NCBI GenBank assembly: GCA_964016885.1
Contig: OZ024748.1
Span: forward strand, 39,308,001-39,372,000
Direction: 5' to 3'
Length of the DNA stretch: 64,000 bases
Source: Eledone cirrhosa
Taxonomy: Eukaryota
Part shown: positions 1-9,550 of the stretch, piece by piece
How the letters are laid out: every line of letters starts with the position of its first letter
How positions within the stretch are numbered: the first letter of the stretch is position 1
Notes under the pieces: model-generated
Database searches by the model: none
What the model saw: the letters and a program-made list of their open reading frames with translations, nothing else
Told to the model about the DNA's origin: nothing
Made by a program: the position numbers and the translations under genes

Positions 1-33
1 TTCTAATGAAAGTCACTGTCTATGTCATTAACC

Positions 34-60
34 CTTTCATTACCATATTTCTAATGAAAG
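34..60. repeat. Perfect 9-bp inverted repeat with 9-nt spacer (first example; present at most monomer junctions)
   Basis: CTTTCATTA (34-42) + CCATATTTC (43-51) + TAATGAAAG (52-60); the two arms are exact reverse complements. Confidence 0.95.
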
Positions 61-1449
61 TCACTGTCTATGTCATTAACCCTTTCATTACCATATTTCT
101 AATGAGAGTCACTGTCTATTTCATTAACCCTTTCATTACCATATTTCTAATGAAAGACACTGTCTATGTCATTAACCCTTTCATTACCATATTTCTAATG
201 AAAGACACTGTCTATGTCATTAACCCTTACATTACCATATTTCTAATAAAAGTCACTGTCTATGTCATTAAACCTTTCATTACCATATTTCTAATGAAAG
301 TCACTGTCTATGTCATTAACCCTTTCATTACCATATTTCTAATGAAAGACACATTCTATGTCATTAATCATTTCATTACCATATTTCTAATGGAAGTCAC
401 TGTCTATGTCATTAACCCTTTCATTACCATATTTCTAATGAAAGTCACTGTCTATGTCATTAACCCTTTCATTACCATATTTCTAATGAAAGTCACTGTC
501 TATGTCATTAATCCTTTCATTACCATATTTCTAATGAAAGTCACTGTCTATGTCATTAACCCTTTCATTACCATATTTCTAATGAAAGTCACTGTCTATG
601 TCATTAACCCTTTCATTACCATATTTCTAATGAAAGTCACTGTCTATGTCATTAACCCTTTCATTACCATATTTCTAATGAAAGACACTGTCTATGTCAT
701 TAACCCTTTCATTACCATATTTCTAATGAAAGTCACTGTCTATATCATTAACCCTTTCATTACCATATTTCTAATGAAAGTCACTGTCTATGTCATTAAC
801 CCTTTCATTACCATATTTCTAATGAAAGTCACTGTCTATGTCATTAACCCTTTCATTACCATATTTCTAATGAAAGACACTCTCTATGTGATTAAACCTG
901 TCATTACCATATTTCTAATGAAAGTTACTGTCTATGTCAGTAACCCTGTCATTACCATATTTCTAATGAAGGTCACTGTCTATGTCATTAACCCTTTCAT
1001 TACCATATTTCTAATGAAAAACACTGTCTATCTCATTAACCCTTTCATTACCATATTTCTAATGAAAGACACTGTCTAGGTCATTAACCCTTTCATTACC
1101 ATATTTCTAATGAAAGACACTGTCTATGCAATTAACCCTTTCATTACCATATTTCTAATGAAAGTCACTGTCTATGTCATTAACCCTTTCATTACCATAT
1201 TTCTAATGAAAGTCACTGTCTATGTCATTAACCCTTTCATTACCATATTTCTAATGAAAGTCACTGTCTATGTCATTAACCCTTTCATTACCATATTTCT
1301 AATGAAAGTCACTGTCTATGTCATTAACCCTTTCATTACCATATTTCTAATGAAAGACACATTCTATGTCATTAATCCTTTCATTACTATATTTCTAATG
1401 GAAGTCACTGTCTATGTCATTAACCCTTTCATTACCATATTTCTAATGA

Positions 1450-3125
1450 AAGTCACTGTCTATGTCATTAACCCTTTCATTACCATATTTCTAATGAAAA
1501 ACACTGTCTATCTCATTAACCCTTTCATTACCATATTTCTAATGAAAGACACTGTCTAGGTCATTAACCCTTTCATTACCATATTTCTAATGAAAGACAC
1601 TGTCTATGCAATTAACCCTTTCATTACCATATTTCTAATGAAAGTCACTGTCTATGTCATTAACCCTTTCATTACCATATTTCTAATGAAAGTCACTGTC
1701 TATGTCATTAACCCTTTCATTACCATATTTCTAATGAAAGTCACTGTCTATTTCATTAACCCTTTCATTACCATATTTCTAATGAAAGACACTGTCTATG
1801 TCATTAACCCTTTCATTACCATATTTCTAATGAAAGACACTGTCTATGTCATTAACCCTTTCATTACCTTATTTCTAATAAAAGTCACTGTCTATGTCAT
1901 TAACCCTTTCATTACCATATTTCTAATGAAAGTCACTGTCTATGTCATTAACCCTTTCATTACCATATTTCTAATGAAAGACACATACTATGTCATTAAT
2001 CATTTCATTACCATATTTCTAATGGAAGTCACTGTCTATGTCATTAACCCTTTCATTACCATATTTCTAATGAAAGTCACTGTCTATTTCATTAACCCTT
2101 TCATTACCATATTTCTAATGAAAGACACTGTCTATGTCATTAACCCTTTCATTACCATATTTCTAATGAAAGTCACTGTCTATGTCATTAACCCTTTCAT
2201 TACCATATTTCTAATGAAAGACACTGTCTATGTCATTAACCCTTTCATTACCATATTTCTAATGAAAGACACTGTCTATGTCATTAACCCTTTCATTACC
2301 ATATTTCTAATAAAAGTCACTGTCTATGTCATTAACCCTTTCATTACCATATTTCTAATGAAAGTCACTGTCTATGTCATTAACCCTTTCATTACCATAT
2401 TTCTAATGAAAGACACATTCTATGTCATTAATCCTTTCATTACTATATTTCTAATGGAAGTCACTGTCTATGTCATTAACCCTTTCATTACCATATTTCT
2501 AATGAAAGTCACTGTCTATGTCATTAACCCTTTCATTACCATATTTCTAATGAAAGTCACTGTCTATGTCATTAACCCTTTCATTACCATATTTCTAATG
2601 AAAGACACAGTCTATGTCATTAATCCTTTCATTACCATATTTCTAATGAAAGTCACTGTCTATGTCATTAACCCTTTCATTACCATATTTCTAATGAAAG
2701 ACACTATATATGTGATTAACCCTGTCATTACCATATTTCTAATGAAAGTCACATTCTATGTCATTAATCCTTTCATTACCATATTTCTAATGGAAGTCAC
2801 TGTCTATGTCATTAACCCTTTCATTACCATATTTCTAATGGAAGTCACTGTCTATGTCATTAACCCTTTCATTACCATATTTCTAATGAAAGACACTGTC
2901 TATGTGATTAAACCTGTCATTACCATATTTCTAATGAAAGTTACTGTCTATGTCAGTAACCCTGTCATTACCATATTTCTAATGAAAGTCACTGTCTATG
3001 TCATTAACCCTTTCATTACCATATTTCTAATGAAAAACACTGTCTATCTCATTAACCCTTTCATTACCATATTTCTAATGAAAGACACTGTCTAGGTCAT
3101 TAACCCTTTCATTACCATATTTCTA
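1450..3125. repeat. Variant block duplicated non-adjacently at ~21330-23049
   Basis: Rare markers recur in the same order at offset ~19,924: ACCTTA (~1866/21790), GACACATAC...AATCAT (~1980/21904), GACACTATATATGTG (2700/22624), terminal TAG (3095/23019). Confidence 0.85.
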
Positions 3126-3317
3126 ATGAAAGACACTGTCTATGCAATTAACCCTTTCATTAACATATTTCTCACAAAAGCCACTGTTTGTGTCATTGAC
3201 CATTTCATTACCATATTTCTAATGAAAGACATTGTCTATGTCAATAACACTTTCATTACCATATTTCTAATGAAAGACACTGCCTATGTCATTAACCCTT
3301 TCATTACCATATTTCTA
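3126..3317. repeat. Diverged 3-4-monomer module (first of roughly 30 full or partial copies)
   Basis: Clustered linked variants GCAATT...ATTAACATATTTCTCACAAAAGCCACTGTTT(G/A)TGTCATTGACCAT...GACATTGTCTATGTCAATAACAC; recurs at about 6103, 14113, 16307, 17839, 19272, 23763, 24531, 26012, 27198, 28396, 33610, 35809, 36959, 43515, 50924, 55223, 59474, 63492 and others. Confidence 0.9.
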
Positions 3318-6300
3318 ATGAAAGACACAGTCTATGTCATTAACCCTTTCATTACCATATTTCTAATGAAAGACACAGTCTATGTCAGTAACCCTGTCAT
3401 TACCATATTTCTAATGAAAGTCACTGTCTATGTCATTAACCCTTTCATTACCATATTTCTAATGAAAGACACATTCTATGTCATTAATCCTTTCATTACC
3501 ATATTTCTAATGGAAGTCACTGTCTATGTCATTAACCCTTTCATTACCATATTTCTAATGAAAGTCACTGTCTATGTCATTAACCCTTTCTTTACCATAT
3601 TTCTAATGAAAGTCACTGTCTATGTCATTAAACCTTTCATTACCATATTTCTAATGAAAGACACTGTCTATGTGATTAACCCTGTCATTACCATATTTCT
3701 AATGAAAGTCACTATCTATGTCAGTAACCCTGTCATTACCATATTTCTAATGAAAGTCACTGTCTATGTCATTAACCCTTTCATTACCATATTTCTAATG
3801 AAAGACACTGTCTATGTGATTAACCCTGTCCTTACCATATTTCTAATGAAAGTTACTGTCTATGTCAGTAACCCTGTCATTACCATATTTCTAATGAAAG
3901 ACACTGTCTATGTCATTAACCCTTTCATTACCATATTTCTAATGAAAGACACTGTCTATGTCATTAACCCTTTCATTACCATATTTCTAATGAAAGTCAC
4001 TGTCTATGTCATTAACCCTTTCATTACCATATTTCTAATGAAAGACACTGTCTATATCATTAACCCTTTCATTACCATATTTCTAATGAAAGTCACTGTC
4101 TATGTCATTAACCCTTTCATTACCATATTTCTAATGAAAGTCACTGTCTATGTCATTAACCCTTTCATTACCATATTTCTAATGAAAGTCACTGTCTATT
4201 TCATTAACCCTTTCATTACCATATTTCTAATGAAAGACACTGTCTATGTCATTAACCCTTTCATTACCATATTTCTAATGAAAGACACTGTCTATGTCAT
4301 TAACCCTTTCATTACCATATTTCTAATAAAAGTCACTGTCTATGTCATTAACCCTTTCATTACCATATTTCTAATGAAAGTCACTGTCTATGTCATTAAC
4401 CCTTTCATTACCATATTTCTAATGAAAGACACATTCTATGTCATTAATCCTTTCATTACCATATTTCTAATGGAAGTCACTGTCTATGTCATTAACCCTT
4501 TCATTACCATATTTCTAATGAAAGTCACTGTCTATTTCATTAACCCTTTCATTACCATATTTCTAATGAAAGACACTGTCTATGTCATTAACCCTTTCAT
4601 TACCCTATTTCTAATGAAAGTCACTGTCTATGTCATTAACCCTTTCATTACCATATTTCTAATGAAAGACACTGTCTATGTCATTAACCCTTTCATTACC
4701 ATATTTCTAATGAAAGACACTGTCTATGTGATTAACCCTGTCATTACCATATTTCTAATGAAAGTTACTGTCTATGTCAGTAAACCTGTCATTACCATAT
4801 TTCTAATGAAAGTCACTGTCTATGTCATTAACCCTTTCATTACCATATTTCTAATGAAAGACACTGTCTATTTCATTAATCCCTTCATTACCATATTTCT
4901 AATGAAAGACACTGTCTATGTCATTAACCCTTTCATTACCATATTTCTAATGAAAGACACTGTCTATGTCATTAACCCTTTCATTACCATATTTCTAATG
5001 AAAGTCACTGTCTATGTCATTAACCCTTTCATTACCATATTTCTAATGAAAGACACTGTCTATGTCATTAACCCTTTCATTACCATATTTCTAATGAAAG
5101 TCACTGTCTATGTCATTAACCCTTTCATTACCATATTTCTAATGAAAGTCATTGTCTATGTCATTAACCCTTTCATTACCATATTTCTAATGAAAGTCAC
5201 TGTCTATTTCATTAACCCTTTCATTACCATATTTCTAATGAAAGACACTGTCTATGTCATTAACCCTTTCATTACCATATTTCTAATGAAAGACACTGTC
5301 TATGTCATTAACCCTTTCATTACCATATTTCTAATAAAAGTCACTGTCTATGTCATTAACCCTTTCATTACCATATTTCTAATGAAAGTCACTGTCTATT
5401 GTCATTAACCCTTTCATTACCATATTTCTAATGAAAGACACATTCTATGTCATTAATCCTTTCATTACCATATTTCTAATGGAAGTCACTGTCTATGTCA
5501 TTAACCCTTTCATTACCATATTTCTAATGAAAGTCACTGTCTATGTCATTAACCCTTTCATTACCATATTTCTAATGAAAGTCACTGTCTATGTCATTAA
5601 CCCTTTCATTACCATATGTCTAATGAAAGTCACTGTCTATGTCATTAAACCTTTCATTACCATATTTCTAATGAAAGACACTGTCTATGTCATTAATCCT
5701 TTCATTACCATATTTCTAATGAAAGTCACTGTCTATGTCAATACCCCTTTCATTACCATATTTCTAATAAAAGTCACTGTCTATGTCATTAACCCTTTCA
5801 TTACCATATTTATAATGAAAGTCACTGTCTATGTCATTAACCCTTTCATTACCATATTTCTAATGAAAGACACATTCTATGTCATTAATCCTTTCATTAC
5901 CATATTTCTAATGAAAGACACTGTCTATGTGATTAAACCTGTCATTACCATATTTCTAATGAAAGTTACTGTCTATGTCAGTAACCCAGTCATTACCATA
6001 TTTCTAATGAAAGTCACTGTCTATGTCATTAACCCTTTCATTACCATATTTCTAATGAAAGACACTGTCTATCTCATTAACCCTTTCATTACTATATTTC
6101 TAATGAAAGACACTGTCTATGCAATTAACCCTTTCATTAACATATTTCTCACAAAAGCCACTGTTTGTGTCATTGACCATTTCATTACCATATTTCTAAT
6201 GAAAGACATTGTCTATGTCAATAACACTTTCATTACCATATTTCTAATGAAAGACACTGCCTATGTCATTAACCCTTTCATTACCATATTTCTAATGAAA

Positions 6301-7449
6301 GACACTGTCTATGTGATTAACCCTGTCATTACCATATTTCTAATGAAAGTTACTGTCTATGTCAGTAACCCTGTCATTACCATATTTCTAAGGAAAGTCA
6401 CTGTCTAATTCATTAACCCTTTCATTACCATATTTCTAATGAAAGACACATTCTATGTCATTAATCCTTTCATTACCATATTTCTAATGGAAGTCACTGT
6501 CTATGTCATTAACCCTTTCATTACCATATTTCTAATGAAAGTCACTGTCTATGTCATTAACCCTTTCATTACCATATTTCTAATGAAAGTCACTGTCTAG
6601 GTCATTAACCCTTTCATTACCATATTTCTAATGAAAGACACAGTCTATGTCATTAATCCTTTCATTACCATATTTCTAATGAAAATCACTGTCTATGTCA
6701 TTAACCCTTTCATTACCATATTTCTAATGAAAGACACTGTCTATGTGATTAACCCTGTCATTACCATATTTCTAATGAAAGTTACTATCTATGTCAGTAA
6801 CCCTGTCATTACCATATTTCTAATGAAAGTCATTGTCTATGTCATTAACCCTTTCATTACCATATTTCTAATGAAAGACACTGTCTATGTGATTAACCCT
6901 GTCGTTACCATATTTCTAATGAAAGTTACTGTCTATGTCAGTAACCCTGTCATTACCATATTTCTAATGAAAGACACTGTCTATGTCATTAACCCTTTCA
7001 TTACCATATTTCTAATGAAAGACAATATCTATTTCATTAACCCTTTCATTACAATATTTCTAATGAAAGACACTGTCTATGTCATTAACCCTTTCATTAC
7101 CATATTTCTAATGAAAGACACTGTCTATGTCATTAACCCTTTCATTACCATATTTTTAATGAAAGTCACTGTCTACGTCATTAACCCTTTCATTACCATA
7201 TTTCTAATGAAAGACACTGTCTATTTCATTAACCCTTTCATTACCATATTTCTAATGAAAGTCACTGTCTATGTCATTAACCCTGTCATTACCATATTTC
7301 TAATGAAAGACACTGTCTATGTCATTAACCCTTTCATTACCATATTTCTAATAAAAGTCACTGTCTATGTCATTAACCCTTTCATTACCATATTTCTAAT
7401 GAAAGTCACTGTCTATGTCATTAACCCTTTCATTACCATATTTCTAATG

Positions 7450-9550
7450 AAAGACACATTCTATGTCATTAATCCTTTCATTACCATATTTCTAATGGAA
7501 GTCACTGTCTATGTCATTAACCCTTTCATTACCATATTTCTAATGAAAGTCTGTGTCTATTTCATTAACCCTTTCATTACGATATTTCTAATGAAAGACA
7601 CTGTCTATGTCATTAACCCTTTCATTACTATATTTCTAATGAAAGTCACTGTCTATGTCATTAACCCTTTCATTACCATATTTCTAATGAAAGACACTGT
7701 CTATGTCATTAACCCTTTCATTACCATATTTCTAATAAAAGTCACTGTCTATGTCATTAACCCTTTCATTACCATATTTCTAATGAAAGTCACTGTCTAT
7801 GTCATTAACCCTTTCATTACCATATTTCTAATGAAAGTCACTGTCTATGTCATTAACCCTTTCATTACCATATTTCTAATGAAAGACACTGTCTATGTGA
7901 TTAACCCTGTCATTACCATATTTCTAATGAAAGTTACTGTCTATGTCAGTAACCCTGTCATTACCATATTTCTAATGAAAGTCACTGTCTATGTCATTAA
8001 CCCTTTCATTACCATATTTCTAATGAAAGACACATTCTGTGTCATTAATCCTTTCATTACCATATTTCTAATGGAAGTCACTGTCTATGTCATTAACCCT
8101 TTCATTACCATATTTCTAATGAAAATCACTGTCTATGTCATTAACCCTTTCATTACCATATTTCTAATGAAAGTCACTGTCTATGTCATTAACCCTTTCA
8201 TTACCATATTTCTAATGAAAGACACAGTCTATGTCATTAATCCTTTCATTACCATATTTCTAATGAAAATCACTGTCTATGTCATTAACCCTTTCATTAC
8301 CATATTTCTAATGAAAGACACTGTCTATGTGATTAACCCTGTCATTACCATATTTCTAATGAAAGTTACTATCTATGTCAGTAACCCTGTCATTACCATA
8401 TTTCTAATGAAAGTCACTGTCTATGTCATTAACCCTTTCATTACCATATTTCTAATGAAAGACACTGTCTATGTCATTAACCCTTTCATTACCATATTTC
8501 TAATGAAAGACAATATCTATTTCATTAACCTTTTCATTACCATATTTCTAATGAAAGACACATTCTATGTCATTAATCCTTTCATTACCATATTTCTAAT
8601 GGAAGTCACTGTCTATGTCATTAACCCTTTCATTACCATATTTCTAATGAAAGTCTGTGTCTATTTCATTAACCCTTTCATTACCATATTTCTAATGAAA
8701 GACACTGTCTATGTCATTAACCCTTTCATTACCATATTTCTAATGAAAGTCACTGTCTATGTCATTAACCCTTTCATTACCATATTTCTAATGAAAGACA
8801 CTGTCTATGTCATTAACCCTTTCATTACCATATTTCTAATAAAAGTCACTGTCTATGTCATTAACCCTTTCATTACCATATTTCTAATGAAAGTCACTGT
8901 CTATGTCATTAACCCTTTCATTACCATATTTCTAATGAAAGTCACTGTCTATGTCATTAACCCTTTCATTACCATATTTCTAATGAAAGACACTGTCTAT
9001 GTGATTAACCCTGTCATTACCATATTTCTAATGAAAGTTACTGTCTATGTCAGTAACCCTGTCATTACCATATTTCTAATGAAAGTCACTGTCTATGTCA
9101 TTAACCCTTTCATTACCATATTTCTAATGAAAGACACATTCTGTGTCATTAATCCTTTCATTACCATATTTCTAATGGAAGTCACTGTCTATGTCATTAA
9201 CCCTTTCATTACCATATTTCTAATGAAAGTCACTGTCTATGTCATTAACCCTTTCATTACCATATTTCTAATGAAAGTCGCTGTCTATGTCATTAACCCT
9301 TTCATTACCATATTTCTAATGAAAGACACAGTCTATGTCATTAATCCTTTCATTACCATATTTCTAATGAAAGTCACTGTCTATGTCATTAACCCTTTCA
9401 TTACCATATTTCTAATGAAAGACACTGTCTATGTGATTAACCCTGTCATTACCATATTTCTAATGAAAGTTACTATCTATGTCAGTAACCCTGTCATTAC
9501 CATATTTCTAATGAAAGTGACTGTCTATGTCATTAACCCTTTCATTACCA
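7450..9550. repeat. ~1,104-bp (23-monomer) near-tandem higher-order duplication
   Basis: Rare GTCTGTGTC at 7549 and 8653, and ACATTCTGTG at ~8032 and ~9136, both at offset 1104. Boundaries are approximate. Confidence 0.75.

Noticed and set aside
29-35. Telomere-like TAACCCT (AGGGTTA on the minus strand)
   Set aside because: Only one 7-nt match per 48 bp and never tandem; not a telomeric tract, and too G-poor for G-quadruplexes.
34-60. Rho-independent terminator or tRNA/ncRNA hairpin
   Set aside because: AT-rich stem with no following U-tract and no recognisable RNA-family features.
1-192. Nucleosome phasing (3x48=144, 4x48=192) or phased A-tract curvature
   Set aside because: Numerical coincidence only: no consistent trimer or tetramer periodicity is visible, and consensus A/T runs are just 3 nt long.
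245-250. AATAAA polyadenylation signals created by the ATG->ATA variant
   Set aside because: A single transition in an AT-rich unit; no transcript or gene context supports function.
5398-5402. +1 T insertion as a programmed frameshift
   Set aside because: A singleton with no slippery-site context; a private mutation or sequencing error is more likely.
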